Shown: positions 51,262 through 62,632, counted from the first letter of the stretch. The stretch is 64,000 nt of DNA from Bacillota bacterium (GCA_040754595.1 JBFMCH010000065.1:6270-70269); one strand, 5' to 3'. The notes: generated from the sequence alone by a model not told the origin. Made by a program: numbers and translations.

Positions 51262-52247
51262 ATAACCTAATGGCAGTGGCAGAGGTCATTAAAAAAGCAC
51301 AGCGGCCTCTGCTATGCGGTCATGTCATGCCTGACGGGGACAGCCTGGGCTCCGTACTGGCTCTGGGGCTGGGCCTGCAGCGGCTGGGCAAAGAGGTGAC
51401 CCTCGTCAGCTCGGACCCCGTACCGGACCTCTATCATTTTCTGCCGGGCGTGGAAACGGTGATTGTGGGGGAGGTACCAGAGGGAGACTATGATTTGCTG
51501 GTTGCCGTGGATTTTTCGGTGCCCGATCGTTTGGGTTCAGCCCTGCATGCTTTCGTGAAGAACGGGCTGCCCGTGGCGGTCATTGATCATCATGTAAATG
51601 ACCACCCCTTCGGACATTACAATTATGTACGGACCGAAGCCGCAGCCACCGGAGAAATTATTATGGACCTCCTGGACCTGTTGCAGATCGATTTAAATCT
51701 GGATCTGGCCATCAATCTTTATACGGCCATTGTCACCGACACGGGGTCCTTTCGCTATGAAAACACAACTTCCGAGACCCACGCCAAGACTGCCCGGCTG
51801 TTGGAATGCGGGGTGCCGGTTTCCCGCCTGTCCAACTACATCTTTGGGGAACAGCCCCTGGTCTTGTTGAGACTGCTGGAAGCCGCCCTGGGTACGCTGG
51901 AAGTCAGTGATTGCGGTCAAATAGCCTGGATGAGTATCTCCAGGGAGATGGTACAGTCGGCGGGGGCCAGTGGCCAGCACATCGAAGGCCTCATTAATTA
52001 CCCCCGCAAAATCAAAGGGGTCGAACTGGCCATCGTATTCCGTGAATTGGATGAACAGCGGGTTAAAGTAAGTTTTCGGTCTAAATACCAGGTCGACGTC
52101 AATCTTTTAGCAAAAAAATTTGGTGGTGGAGGTCATGTACGGGCCTCCGGATGTACCGTAGAGGGCCCGCTGGAACAGGCAAGAGAACTGGTTCTCAAGG
52201 AAGTAAAAGAATTTTTCCGGGAGGGTTCCGATGGACGGCATCCTTAA
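51258..52247 (+). CDS. nrnA: DHH/DHHA1 oligoribonuclease / pAp phosphatase
   Basis: HVMPDGDS, IDHH, TDTGSF, GGGGHVRASG. Confidence 0.9.
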   Translation: MNNLMAVAEVIKKAQRPLLCGHVMPDGDSLGSVLALGLGLQRLGKEVTLVSSDPVPDLYHFLPGVETVIVGEVPEGDYDLLVAVDFSVPDRLGSALHAFVKNGLPVAVIDHHVNDHPFGHYNYVRTEAAATGEIIMDLLDLLQIDLNLDLAINLYTAIVTDTGSFRYENTTSETHAKTARLLECGVPVSRLSNYIFGEQPLVLLRLLEAALGTLEVSDCGQIAWMSISREMVQSAGASGQHIEGLINYPRKIKGVELAIVFRELDEQRVKVSFRSKYQVDVNLLAKKFGGGGHVRASGCTVEGPLEQARELVLKEVKEFFREGSDGRHP

Positions 52248-53163
52248 CGTCTTAAAACCCCCTGGCATGACGTCCCATGATGTGGTTGCCTTTGTTCGCA
52301 GGGTTACCGGTAACAAAAAATGCGGTCATACCGGTACCCTTGACCCCGGCGCCGCAGGAGTGCTGCCGGTCTGCCTGGGCAAAGCCACAAAATTGGCCAG
52401 ATTTGTCACGGAGGGGGACAAGACTTACCGGGGCGAGATCACCCTGGGTATCGCCACGTCAACCCAGGATGCCTTTGGAGATATTCTGGCATATCAGGAC
52501 GCATCCCGGGTAACCCTTGAGCAGTTTAAAGAGGTGATTCCTTCCTTTCTAGGCAGTATTGAACAAGTCCCCCCGATGGCTTCCGCCATTAAAGTGCAGG
52601 GGCAGCGTCTTTATGAATTGGAGCGTCAAGGCAAGACCGTAGAGGTTCCCACCCGGGTGGTCACAATCTACGACCTGAAAATCATTGACAGCTGGGACTG
52701 GCAAACACCTCACCCCCGTATTTTGTTTGATTGCACTTGTTCAAAGGGGACATATGTGCGTACCCTGTGCTCGGATATTGGCCAGGCACTGGGGTGTGGC
52801 GCCTATATGTCCTTTTTGCTGCGCTCCCGGGTGGGCGCCTTTGGCCTGGAGAGCACCGTTACCCTGGAAACGCTGGCGAAATTAGCCGAGGAAAAACAAT
52901 GTGCGGAAGTTACCATACCCATGGTACAGGCAGTACAGCATTTGCCGGTGGTGGAGATCCTTCCCACCGCTCAAAAATCCGTAACTTCCGGCGCCACCCT
53001 ATATCCCTCGGGAATTCGGTCCAGGTCCGGGGAAGTTTCCCCGGGTGATTTGGTGCGGGTACAGGTTGACCAGCAACTGTTAGGGATTTTCCAGGCGGTT
53101 CTAGATGGGCAGCAGGAAACCAGCCGGCTGGTTTATAAACCGGAGGTTGTATTTGCTTCCTAA
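52231..53163 (+). CDS. truB: tRNA pseudouridine(55) synthase
   Basis: KPPGMTSHD, GHTGTLDP, CSKGTYVRTL. Confidence 0.96.
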   Translation: MDGILNVLKPPGMTSHDVVAFVRRVTGNKKCGHTGTLDPGAAGVLPVCLGKATKLARFVTEGDKTYRGEITLGIATSTQDAFGDILAYQDASRVTLEQFKEVIPSFLGSIEQVPPMASAIKVQGQRLYELERQGKTVEVPTRVVTIYDLKIIDSWDWQTPHPRILFDCTCSKGTYVRTLCSDIGQALGCGAYMSFLLRSRVGAFGLESTVTLETLAKLAEEKQCAEVTIPMVQAVQHLPVVEILPTAQKSVTSGATLYPSGIRSRSGEVSPGDLVRVQVDQQLLGIFQAVLDGQQETSRLVYKPEVVFAS

Positions 53164-53272
53164 AAGCTTATTCCTTACCTTTACATATATTTCGTAAATA
53201 ATTTTTTGGTTTACCAAAATGTCGAGAGGTATTATATTATAAAGGGCGGATTGTTCGACTGGCAGGGGGTCA

Positions 53273-54211
53273 TTGAAATTGCGCGTTTACGAAAGCCTTA
53301 CCGGGCTTAAAGACAGGTATCCGAATATCACCGTCGCCTTGGGGAATTTTGACGGTATCCACCTTGGTCACCAAAGGCTGATCGGGGAGGCAGTGGCAAT
53401 TGCCCGCCGGAACAATGGAACGGCAGCGGTATTAACCTTTCACCCGCATCCGATGGCGGTACTGAAACCCGAACTGGCGCCGCCCATGCTGCTGGACCAG
53501 GAAGCAAAGCGGCGAATGATGGCGGAACTGGGTGTCGATATCTTGATTTTGCTGCCCTTTACCCTGAACTTTGCTCAACTGAGTCCGGAGGAATTTATTA
53601 AAGACGTGCTTGTAAAGCAATTAAATGTCAAAGCCATCGTGGTAGGCTACAATTATTCCTTCGGCCACAGGGGCCGTGGCAACCCGGAAACCATCTGGAA
53701 ATATGCGGAGGAGTGCGGCTATACGTTGAGCGTTATTCCACCGGTGAAGGTGGTCAGCCAGGTGGTCAGCAGCACCTTAATTCGAAACAAACTGGCGGAG
53801 GGAGATGTGGCCGCCGCCCAAAAACTGCTGGGCTACTATCCTTTTACCGAGGGGACGGTTGTCCTGGGGGACCGGCGGGGGAATACCCTGGGCTTTCCCA
53901 CGGCCAATATTGACTGCCCGGCGGGTATGATGGTGCCGGCCAGAGGGGTTTACAGTGTCCATGTGGATATGGACGGTGAGACCTATCTGGGCGTAGCCAA
54001 TGTGGGCACCAAGCCTACCTTTAACGGCATCAATCAACGAATCAACATTGAGGTTCATTTGCTGGATTTCTGTGGCGACATTTACGGGAAGAAAATAAAA
54101 GTGAAATATGTTCGCAGGTTGAGGGACGAGAGAAAGTTTTCCTCCATTACCGACCTGGTTAATCAAATCCAGGCCGATGTGCAAAGTGCCAGATTTGACC
54201 ATCCGGAGTAA
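53273..54211 (+). CDS. ribF: Riboflavin kinase / FAD synthetase
   Basis: GNFDGIHLGH, SSTLIR, LGFPTAN, EVHLLDF. Confidence 0.96.
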   Translation: MKLRVYESLTGLKDRYPNITVALGNFDGIHLGHQRLIGEAVAIARRNNGTAAVLTFHPHPMAVLKPELAPPMLLDQEAKRRMMAELGVDILILLPFTLNFAQLSPEEFIKDVLVKQLNVKAIVVGYNYSFGHRGRGNPETIWKYAEECGYTLSVIPPVKVVSQVVSSTLIRNKLAEGDVAAAQKLLGYYPFTEGTVVLGDRRGNTLGFPTANIDCPAGMMVPARGVYSVHVDMDGETYLGVANVGTKPTFNGINQRINIEVHLLDFCGDIYGKKIKVKYVRRLRDERKFSSITDLVNQIQADVQSARFDHPE

Positions 54212-54327
54212 ATCGAATAATGGACGGGTCTCCCTAATATATTTAATATTACCTAACATTTACTTATGGCAGCACTTATGCTACAATAAATGCGGCATAC
54301 GTCCCGAGATCATAACGAAAGGAGACG

Positions 54328-54564
54328 TTGTCCGTGGGGTATCCAAGATATGATACTCCTGAAGAGGAGGTTAAACGCTGGCTTAATCACATCGCACTGA
54401 TTTGTGTAAGCGAAGAGTTTCAATCCCTCAAACGTGAATTGGAATCTCTCTATGTTAAATCCAATATGGACAATGTAAGAATTACAGCCTTCCAGGATGC
54501 CCTTTATGCCTTTTTGGCCCAGGAAGAGGATGAAAACCGGACCTATCAATCTCGCAGCTGCTGA
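54328..54564 (+). CDS. Hypothetical protein, 78 aa, helical and acidic
   Basis: AAGGAG RBS, GTG start. Confidence 0.65.
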   Translation: MSVGYPRYDTPEEEVKRWLNHIALICVSEEFQSLKRELESLYVKSNMDNVRITAFQDALYAFLAQEEDENRTYQSRSC

Positions 54565-54576
54565 GCGGAGTGATGT

Positions 54577-54798
54577 ATGCGGATTATCATCACCGAGCAC
54601 GCTCGCAAGAGGCTAAAGGATTTGCGTCAGGATAAAATTACCAGTGCTGATATTCTCACCGCAGCCAGAGGGATTCCGGGTCGCATACCGACAGCCACCC
54701 GATTCAGGGGGTTTTTCGCCAAATCAGGCCGTATGTTTGATATTGTTGCCAAAGATATTGAAAACGGTCGCTTGGTGATTACCATAATTGGGAAATAA
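54577..54798 (+). CDS. Hypothetical protein with DUF4258/RelE-like N-terminal pattern
   Basis: [11 protein letters not shown]...VITIIGK; GGAG RBS. Confidence 0.65.
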   Translation: MRIIITEHARKRLKDLRQDKITSADILTAARGIPGRIPTATRFRGFFAKSGRMFDIVAKDIENGRLVITIIGK

Positions 54799-54810
54799 TA
54801 TTCTCAGGAA

Positions 54811-54880
54811 CTGTTATCTAGGGAATTCGTTCACTCCGACGGTTGTCTTGGATAACAGGGATTATCAGAATAAGGAGGTG
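54811..54880 (+). ncRNA. rpsO (S15) leader autoregulatory structure
   Basis: CTGTTATC(54811-54818)/GATAACAG(54851-54858) long stem just upstream of the rpsO SD. Confidence 0.55.
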
Positions 54881-54886
54881 AACATC

Positions 54887-55156
54887 GTGGCATTGTCTGC
54901 AGAAAGAAAGAATGAAATTATTCAAACCTTTAAAACCCATGAGAGCGATACCGGTTCTCCCGAAGTGCAAATTGCTCTTCTGACCGAACGTATCAATCAA
55001 TTAACCGAGCACCTGAAGTCCTTTAAAAAGGATCACCATTCCCGCCGTGGCCTGTTAAAAATGGTTGGCCAGCGTCGTGCTCTTCTCAATTACCTGCGGG
55101 ACCGTAACTTCGACCGCTACCGTGCCATTTTGGAAAAACTGGGATTGCGCAAGTAG
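54887..55156 (+). CDS. rpsO: 30S ribosomal protein S15
   Basis: [23 protein letters not shown]; GTG start after AAGGAGGTG gives 89 aa. Confidence 0.97.
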   Translation: MALSAERKNEIIQTFKTHESDTGSPEVQIALLTERINQLTEHLKSFKKDHHSRRGLLKMVGQRRALLNYLRDRNFDRYRAILEKLGLRK

Positions 55157-55157
55157 T

Positions 55158-55187
55158 AAAAGTGGGCTGTTCGCCCACTTTTGTTTT
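55158..55187 (+). terminator. Intrinsic terminator after rpsO
   Basis: AAAAGTGGGC-tgttc-GCCCACTTTT. Confidence 0.75.
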
Positions 55188-55303
55188 ATATAGGGGTCAG
55201 TGAGACGGCAATCTGTATTTTTCATGTAGTAAGAAGGAAATACTAATAAAAATGTCGAAGTGCTAAGATTTGTCAAGAACTTGGAGTTGTGGAGGTAGAA
55301 AGA

Positions 55304-57535
55304 GTGTCAGAGAATCCAGTATTAATCAGGGAGATTTCCCTGGGGGGCAGAGCCCTCACCCTGGAAACAGGCAGATTGGCCAAGCAGGCCAGCGGCGCCG
55401 TATTGGTAACATACGGGGAGACCGTGGTCCTGGTCACCGCAACGGTGGCGAAGAATACCAGGGACATTGACTTTTTCCCGCTTACAGTGGACTATGAGGA
55501 AAGACTTTATGCTGTGGGAAAAATTCCCGGCGGTTTTATTAAACGTGAAGGGCGGCCCAGTGAAAAGGCCATCCTGTCCGGTCGCCTGATTGACCGCCCC
55601 ATCCGACCGCTGTTCCCTAAACACATGCGGAATGAGGTCCAGGTGGTGGCCACCGTATTATCCGTTGACCAGGATAATGCACCGGAAATTGCCGCCATGA
55701 TCGGCGCGTCTGCTGCTTTACATATCTCGAAGATTCCCCTTAAAAAGCCCATTGGCGGCGTGATTGTAGGGCGGGTAGACGGCCAGTTTGTCGTGAACCC
55801 GGTGGTGCGCCAGGCGGAAAACAGTGATATGCACCTGGTGGTGGCGGGCACCGACGATGCCGTCATGATGGTGGAAGCCGGCGCCAAGGAAGTGCCGGAA
55901 GATCAAATTCTCGAAGGCATTATGTTTGGTCACGAAGTTGTCAAGGAAATTGTAAAATTCATTGAGGACTTCCGGACCGAAGCCCTGGCCATGGGCCTGG
56001 CCCAGGAAAAAATGGAAATTCCGGAACCGGAACTGGATGCCACCCTGGTAGATGCCATTCTGCCCAAGGCGGAAGAAGCCATTCGCGAGGCGGTACTCCA
56101 TTGTTCCAGAGAAAACTTGAGCAAGAAGGAAAGAGAAGCCTACATGGATGAGGTTCTCAACGGCTTGCAGGAATTTTTCCTGGAACAATACCCGGACAAC
56201 CCCAAAGAAGTCAACATGCTGATTGAAAAGGCCGAAAAGAAAGTCGTCCGCAGGATTATCACCCACGATAAACTGCGCATTGACGGCAGGGCCATCGATG
56301 AAATCCGTCCCATTTCCGTCCAAGTGGGTGTGCTTCCCCGGACCCACGGTACAGGGTTGTTTACCAGGGGCCAGACACAAATTTTGTCGGTGGCAACCCT
56401 TGGTTCCATCAGTGAAGAACAAATTCTGGACGGCCTTGGCCTGGAAGAAACTAAACGATATATGCACCACTATAATTTCCCGCCCTTCAGCACCGGGGAA
56501 ACCAAGCCCATGCGGTCTCCGGGGCGCCGGGAAATCGGACACGGCGCGCTGGCGGAGCGGGCACTGGAACCCATGATCCCGTCCGAAGAGGTGTTCCCGT
56601 ATACCATCCGGGTGGTTTCCGAAGCCATTGAATCAAACGGTTCCACCTCCATGGGCAGTGTCTGCGGCAGCACGCTGGCCCTGATGGATGCAGGGGTACC
56701 CTTGAAGGCTCCGGTGGCCGGCGTGGCCATGGGGCTGATTATGGAGGAAGACAAATTTACCGTCCTGACCGATATCCAGGGTCTGGAAGACCACCTGGGG
56801 GATATGGACTTTAAAGTAGCCGGCACCGCCAGGGGCGTTACCGCCCTGCAAATGGATATCAAGATTCCCGGCATCACCAGGGATGTCTTTGAACAGGCGC
56901 TGGAACAGGCAAACCGGGGGCGTATGTTTATCCTGGGCAAAATGCTGGATGTTCTGCCGGAACCAAGACCGGAAATCTCCCAGTATGCTCCGAGCATCAT
57001 TCGTACCAGCATTCATCCCGATAAAATCAGGGACGTGATCGGACCAGGCGGCAAGATCATCAAGAAGCTGGTTGAAGAAACCGGTGCGAATATTGATATT
57101 GAAGATGACGGCAGGGTCTTTATCGCCGCCGTTGACCGGGAAAAGGGCAAACGGGCTTTGGAAATTATCGAAGCCATTACCGCCGAGGTCGAAGTGGGCA
57201 AGTTATACAACGGCAAGGTTACCCGCTGCACCGATTTTGGCTGCTTTGTAGAGGTCATTCCCGGCGTCATGGGACTGCAGGGCAAGGAAGGCCTGGTCCA
57301 CATTTCACAGCTGGCCTTCCAGCGGGTTGAAAAAACCGAAGACGTGGTGAAGGAAGGAGACGTCATCACCGTCAAAGCCATTGGCTACGATCATCAAGGC
57401 CGCCTGAAGCTGTCCAAAAAGGAAGCCATGAGGGATTTGGGCCTGGCGCATGAAGAAGCCCCCGATGATAAAGGGGAACGGGGGGAACGAAGGGAACGCA
57501 GACCCTTTAGCCGTCCAAAGGTTACCAAGGAATAA
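55304..57535 (+). CDS. pnp: Polyribonucleotide nucleotidyltransferase
   Basis: [37 protein letters not shown] and S1 domains. Confidence 0.97.
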   Translation: MSENPVLIREISLGGRALTLETGRLAKQASGAVLVTYGETVVLVTATVAKNTRDIDFFPLTVDYEERLYAVGKIPGGFIKREGRPSEKAILSGRLIDRPIRPLFPKHMRNEVQVVATVLSVDQDNAPEIAAMIGASAALHISKIPLKKPIGGVIVGRVDGQFVVNPVVRQAENSDMHLVVAGTDDAVMMVEAGAKEVPEDQILEGIMFGHEVVKEIVKFIEDFRTEALAMGLAQEKMEIPEPELDATLVDAILPKAEEAIREAVLHCSRENLSKKEREAYMDEVLNGLQEFFLEQYPDNPKEVNMLIEKAEKKVVRRIITHDKLRIDGRAIDEIRPISVQVGVLPRTHGTGLFTRGQTQILSVATLGSISEEQILDGLGLEETKRYMHHYNFPPFSTGETKPMRSPGRREIGHGALAERALEPMIPSEEVFPYTIRVVSEAIESNGSTSMGSVCGSTLALMDAGVPLKAPVAGVAMGLIMEEDKFTVLTDIQGLEDHLGDMDFKVAGTARGVTALQMDIKIPGITRDVFEQALEQANRGRMFILGKMLDVLPEPRPEISQYAPSIIRTSIHPDKIRDVIGPGGKIIKKLVEETGANIDIEDDGRVFIAAVDREKGKRALEIIEAITAEVEVGKLYNGKVTRCTDFGCFVEVIPGVMGLQGKEGLVHISQLAFQRVEKTEDVVKEGDVITVKAIGYDHQGRLKLSKKEAMRDLGLAHEEAPDDKGERGERRERRPFSRPKVTKE

Positions 57536-57718
57536 AATCACATTGGCCGGTAAACCGGAGTTAACCATTGATTTAACTTCCGTTTACCGGCTATGTTTTT
57601 GTTAATGAGATTGGTTCCAGGTTATCTGGATATAGAAGCGGATACACTCTTTGCCAAAACTCCTAAGGAATAGGTAAAATAAGATTGTGCCTTTATATAC
57701 AAGCTTTTCTTAAAAGAG

Positions 57719-58447
57719 GTGATGGCAATTCGTAAAGGTAAATTAATGTCGGTCATTGTATTGTTTTTGCTGGTTTCTTTCCTGACGGCGGTTCCCTTCA
57801 GTCATGCCGAGGCCTACCTGGGGGACAGAACCTTGAAGTACGGTATAGTGGGCTACGATGTTTTACAACTGCAAAAGAATCTGGGTTATTTGGGATATAA
57901 CGTCGGCAAGCTGGACGGCAAGTTCGGCTGGCAAACCTTTAGTGCGGTCAAGAATTTTCAGTGGCGTAATGGTTTAAAGGTAGACGGTATTGTTGGTAAA
58001 AACACCGCCAACGCCATTATTGCCCAGGTGAGCGGCAACAAGGCACAGCGTCCTAAGGCGGCAAACGCCGCTTCCCGAGGCAATCTGCCCCTTTCCCGGC
58101 AGGACCTCTATGATCTGGCCAGGGTGGTGCACGGCGAAGCCCGGGGAGAATCCTTTACGGGACAAGTTGCCGTTGCATCAGTGGTTTTAAACAGGTTACA
58201 GTCCGGACAGTTCGGCAATACTGTTCAGGACGTCATTTTTCAGCCCTGGGCCTTTACAGCCGTACATGACAGGCAGTTTTATTTGCCGCCCGACCAATCT
58301 GCTTTCCGGGCTGTCAATGCGGCTGTAAAGGGCTGGGACCCTACGGGCGGAGCTCTCTACTACTGGAACCCGCAGACCGCCACCAGTAAATGGGTTTGGA
58401 CTCGCCCAATTATTAACCAAATTGGTAGACATGTGTTTGCCTACTAA
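57719..58447 (+). CDS. sleB: Spore cortex-lytic enzyme SleB (PG-binding plus Hydrolase_2)
   Basis: DGKFGWQT / DGIVG; LARVVHGEARGE, WDPTGGALYYWNP, IGRHVF. Confidence 0.85.
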   Translation: MMAIRKGKLMSVIVLFLLVSFLTAVPFSHAEAYLGDRTLKYGIVGYDVLQLQKNLGYLGYNVGKLDGKFGWQTFSAVKNFQWRNGLKVDGIVGKNTANAIIAQVSGNKAQRPKAANAASRGNLPLSRQDLYDLARVVHGEARGESFTGQVAVASVVLNRLQSGQFGNTVQDVIFQPWAFTAVHDRQFYLPPDQSAFRAVNAAVKGWDPTGGALYYWNPQTATSKWVWTRPIINQIGRHVFAY

Positions 58448-58594
58448 AACCTGACTATTTAGAGCAACCCCCTCGATTAAAAGAGGGGGTTTGCCTTTTC
58501 CGGACCGGGGCCTGCCATTTCGGTTTGTAGAAATATTCCTCTCCCTGCTGGCATAGAGATTGGAAAGAGTAATTTTTTTAGGGGGAGAATAATC

Positions 58595-59338
58595 ATGAGG
58601 ATACTGTACATTCGCAGGGGCCCGGTTTATAAAGTGATTCTGTGGCTTTTCATCATCCTGTTCTTCATTAGTCTGGGGATCCTGGCCACCCGTGAAAAAT
58701 ACGAAAGAGTGCTTGCCCCCATTTACCAGGGCAGCGATCAAGAAAAAAAGATTGCCCTGACCTGCAATGTTTTCTGGGGAGAAGAGTATATCCCCAAGAT
58801 GCTGGAAGTGCTGGAAGACCAGCAGGTGAAGATTACCTTTTTTGCCGGCGGCACCTGGGTGAGGGATTTTCCGGAACTGCTCAAAAAAATGGACGCCGCA
58901 GGCCATGAAATCGGCTCACACGGCTATTCACACCCCCATCCCGACCGGCTTTCCAAAAGCGGCAACCTGAGGGATATGCAAAGGGCGGAAAAGCTGATTT
59001 ATGATACCATTAACAAGCGGCCCAAGCTGTACGCACCACCCTACGGGGAAAGGGGACCGACGGTCCTTAAGGCCGCCGAGGAACAGGGATATACCTTTAT
59101 TCTCTGGAGTATTGACACCATTGACTGGCAGCGCCCCTCGCCGGACGTCATTGTCAGACGGGTGGTGGATAAAGCGCATAACGGCTCCATTGTCCTGATG
59201 CACCCGACGGCTCCCACTGTAAAGGCGCTGCCGGTAATCATCAAGCAGTTGAAGAAAGAGGGTTATGAATTTGTGACGGTGGGAGAAATGATTGAGAACC
59301 TCCCTGCGGAACAAAGGAAAGAGAATGTGAAAAATTAA
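58595..59338 (+). CDS. Sporulation polysaccharide deacetylase (YlxY-like)
   Basis: ALTCNVFWG, GSHGYSHPH, APPYGE, IVLMHPT. Confidence 0.8.
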   Translation: MRILYIRRGPVYKVILWLFIILFFISLGILATREKYERVLAPIYQGSDQEKKIALTCNVFWGEEYIPKMLEVLEDQQVKITFFAGGTWVRDFPELLKKMDAAGHEIGSHGYSHPHPDRLSKSGNLRDMQRAEKLIYDTINKRPKLYAPPYGERGPTVLKAAEEQGYTFILWSIDTIDWQRPSPDVIVRRVVDKAHNGSIVLMHPTAPTVKALPVIIKQLKKEGYEFVTVGEMIENLPAEQRKENVKN

Positions 59339-59476
59339 TAGACTTACCGGTTCGGGGTATACTTACAATGATCTAAATTTTCTGCAGCCATACTTTTAGA
59401 GATTCTTAAATTTTTAAAGGATTTTCTGAGTTATTGGCGAAAAGACTGGTTAATTGCGCTTCCAGGGGGTGTTGTA

Positions 59477-60745
59477 ATGTTTTACCAAAAAGAAGTACTA
59501 CCAAATGGAGTAAGAATCCTTACACAACAGGTATCCCATGTCCGTTCCGTGGCTTTGGGAATATGGGTAGATGTCGGGTCCCGGGATGAGAGTGATACAA
59601 CCTCAGGTATTTCCCATTATATCGAGCACATGTTGTTTAAGGGCACCAAACACCGGACCGCCAAACAAATCGCCGAAGAACTGGATGCTGTGGGCGGCCA
59701 GTTAAACGCATTTACCACCAAGGAGTATACTTGCTATTATGCCAAGGTGCTGGATGAACATTTTGACCTGGCGGTGGACATTCTGACCGATATGCTGTTC
59801 CATTCCAAAGTTTCCGAGCAGGATGTGGAGCGGGAAAAAAATGTGATCCTGGAAGAGATCAAGATGTACGAGGATGCCCCGGATGAACTTGTCCATGACA
59901 TGTTCGCCAAAACCATCTGGTCCGGTCACCCTCTGGGCAGACCCATCATCGGGACTTCGGACACGGTATGCAGTTTTAACTACCAGGATCTCCGTTCTTA
60001 TATGAAGGATCACTATACGCCAAAGCGGATGGTTATTTCTGTGGCCGGGAATATAAGACACCGGCAGGTGGTTGAGAAACTGTCCCCGCTGTTTGGCAGC
60101 TTGACCGGTGAGGGCATTAGCAGGCAGCTGCAAAAGCCCAGTCCCACCGTGCAGGTAAACTGCCGCAGCAAAGAAACAGAACAGGTACATATGGTGATTG
60201 GGGCCCCCGGATTAAGTTTGGACAATGATCTGGTCTACATTGCCCAGGTAATCAATACCATCCTTGGTGGGGGGTTGTCCTCCAGGCTGTTCCAGGAAAT
60301 CAGAGAACAACGGGGTCTGGTCTATACGGTCTATTCGTACCACAGCTCTTACTACGATACCGGTATCTTTGGGGTTTATGCCGGCTTAAGCAAGCAAAAT
60401 GTAAACCAGGCTATGGAGCTGATCTTTAAAGAGATCCGGGAAATCAAAAAGAACGGGGTGTCCAGGGAAGAACTGCAACGGGCCAAAGACCAGTTGAAAG
60501 GCAACCTTTTACTGTCCCTGGAAAGTGTCAACACCCACATGAGCCGGCTTGGTAAGTCTGAACTGTACCTGGGCAAGGTGTACAGCCCGGAAGAAATTGT
60601 GGAAAAGCTCAACCGGGTCACCGTTGAGGACACCGTGCGGGTGGCTTCGGAGTTATTCCAACCGGACAAATTCTCCATGGCCGCCATTGGCCCCTGGCAG
60701 GATTGCGGAGAGTTAAAAGCCGTTCTGGATACCTTAAGAGACTAG
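59477..60745 (+). CDS. M16 family zinc peptidase (YmxG-like)
   Basis: HYIEHMLFKGT (HxxEH), NAFTTKE, SSRLFQEIRE. Confidence 0.9.
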   Translation: MFYQKEVLPNGVRILTQQVSHVRSVALGIWVDVGSRDESDTTSGISHYIEHMLFKGTKHRTAKQIAEELDAVGGQLNAFTTKEYTCYYAKVLDEHFDLAVDILTDMLFHSKVSEQDVEREKNVILEEIKMYEDAPDELVHDMFAKTIWSGHPLGRPIIGTSDTVCSFNYQDLRSYMKDHYTPKRMVISVAGNIRHRQVVEKLSPLFGSLTGEGISRQLQKPSPTVQVNCRSKETEQVHMVIGAPGLSLDNDLVYIAQVINTILGGGLSSRLFQEIREQRGLVYTVYSYHSSYYDTGIFGVYAGLSKQNVNQAMELIFKEIREIKKNGVSREELQRAKDQLKGNLLLSLESVNTHMSRLGKSELYLGKVYSPEEIVEKLNRVTVEDTVRVASELFQPDKFSMAAIGPWQDCGELKAVLDTLRD

Positions 60746-60977
60746 CAAACTTCCCCTGGCAACAGGGGATTTTTGGTTGTGACAAACATGGGGGAGGTAC
60801 TATTGTTATCCCCGGTCGCTCCAGGCTCCGCAAAGTCGCTCTCTAAGGATAACAATAGTACCTTGCCAATTCGAATCACATGTTCATATCAGGAAGTCCC
60901 TTTCAATAGTGGATTTTTTGTTTACCCGGAATATTTGTCCACCGCCTTCATATTATTTAGCAGGGAGGTGGAGAATA

Positions 60978-61319
60978 TTGGTAGGGAGTATTTTTGTGGG
61001 ATTGCTGGCAGCTTTGCTGGTGGTGTTTTCCATCAGGGAACGCATACGGATAAAACGCTACCGTAAAGAATGGGATGCCATCGGGGAAAGTAAGGCCTCG
61101 CCCATTTCTGAGTCTCTGGCGGGGCTGGTTGGCACTGCCGGCGGTATTTATTTGTCCCTGGTGATGCTGACAACCTTTTTAGAAATTGATGTACCTTCCA
61201 GGGTAAACGTTTCTGTGGTCAGCCTGGAGCCGATGGCTGCCATATCCTTTCTCCTGGCGATCATCAGTCCCTTTTTCAATCGTTTCATGAGAGGTTTGAA
61301 GAGATTTACATTCAGGTAA
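60978..61319 (+). CDS. Hypothetical membrane protein
   Basis: GGAGGTG RBS, TTG 60978, three hydrophobic segments. Confidence 0.7.
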   Translation: MVGSIFVGLLAALLVVFSIRERIRIKRYRKEWDAIGESKASPISESLAGLVGTAGGIYLSLVMLTTFLEIDVPSRVNVSVVSLEPMAAISFLLAIISPFFNRFMRGLKRFTFR

Positions 61320-61332
61320 GGGAGGGTTGGCC

Positions 61333-61602
61333 ATGCGGTTGTGTGAATTAGTGGGCAAAGAAATAGTGAATATTAACAATGGCGCCCGCCTTGGCGTGAT
61401 CGGGGAATCCGATGTCACCATCGATGTTGAGTCCGGGGCCATTTGCTCCATTATCTTACCCAGGCGGAGCAATTTTATCAACATGTGGATGGATAAGCAG
61501 CAAATGATCATCCCCTGGGAAAGTATCCGCAAGATCGGTGAAGAAGTCATTATTGTTGAAATGGACCAGTGCAATCCGGTTTTTCAAAAATACAATTATT
61601 AG
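61333..61602 (+). CDS. ymxH: YlmC/YmxH family sporulation PRC-barrel protein
   Basis: MRLCELVGKEIVNINNGARLG, IPWESIRKIG. Confidence 0.88.
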   Translation: MRLCELVGKEIVNINNGARLGVIGESDVTIDVESGAICSIILPRRSNFINMWMDKQQMIIPWESIRKIGEEVIIVEMDQCNPVFQKYNY

Positions 61603-61834
61603 GAACCCCGTCTCCGGGGTTCTTTTTATATGCTTTCCTGAAGCAATCATGATGAGTAATAAACTTTTAACATTTCATACTATTCAGTAAACAATCCTCT
61701 GCCTGCTCATAAACGTCAGGCACGGATGACCCTCCGGTTATATGGAACTTGACAAGTGCAAATCAGGTAATGGATAATAAAATGCAACAATTCTGCATAA
61801 AAACACAGGTACAAATCACAAAGGCGGTGGTCTA

Positions 61835-62632
61835 ATGATAAAGGTTGTTGTTGCAGGCGCAGTGGGTAAAATGGGACAGGAATCCTGCAAAGCGGTGGCG
61901 CAGGCAGAAGGAATGCAATTGGTAGGGGCAGTGGACAGCAGGGATAGCGGCAGTGCCATTGGTACATACATCGGCAAGCCGGATATAAACGTCGCGATTT
62001 CCAATGACCTGGAGCAGGTGTTTCGGGAAGTTCAACCCGATGTGCTGGTTGACTTTACGCGCCCCGGTGTGGTGCAGGGGCACATTGAACTGGCCCTGCA
62101 GGCCGGTGTAAGACCGGTAGTAGGGACCACCGGCATGAACGCCGGTGAAATTGAACGCTTTGTACAGATGGCCTCCGATAAAAAAATTGGGGGGTTGATT
62201 GTCCCCAATTTTGCCATTGGTGCCTTATTAATGATAAAATTTGCCACGGAAGCCGCCAAATATTTTCCCCATGTGGAAATTATCGAGCTGCACCATGACC
62301 AGAAGATGGATGCGCCGTCGGGGACTGCCGTGAAAACGGCGGAATCCATTGCCGCTGTGAGAGGCCGGATGTCCCAGGGCATGCCCAGTGAATTTGAGAA
62401 GATTGAAGGGGTGCGGGGCGGCAATTTTGAAGGCATGCGCATCCACAGTGTGCGGCTGCCCGGATTCGTAGCCCACCAGGAGGTAATTTTTGGCGGCATT
62501 GGCCAGACATTAAGCATCCGGCATGATTCCATTTCCAGAGAGTCCTTTATGCCGGGCCTTATCCTGGCTGTACGCAAGGTGATGGCGCTGGACCGTCTAG
62601 TTTATGGATTGGAAAATATACTGTTTGAATAA
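61835..62632 (+). CDS. dapB: 4-hydroxy-tetrahydrodipicolinate reductase
   Basis: GAVGKMG, VGTTG, ELHHDQKMDAPSGTA. Confidence 0.96.
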   Translation: MIKVVVAGAVGKMGQESCKAVAQAEGMQLVGAVDSRDSGSAIGTYIGKPDINVAISNDLEQVFREVQPDVLVDFTRPGVVQGHIELALQAGVRPVVGTTGMNAGEIERFVQMASDKKIGGLIVPNFAIGALLMIKFATEAAKYFPHVEIIELHHDQKMDAPSGTAVKTAESIAAVRGRMSQGMPSEFEKIEGVRGGNFEGMRIHSVRLPGFVAHQEVIFGGIGQTLSIRHDSISRESFMPGLILAVRKVMALDRLVYGLENILFE

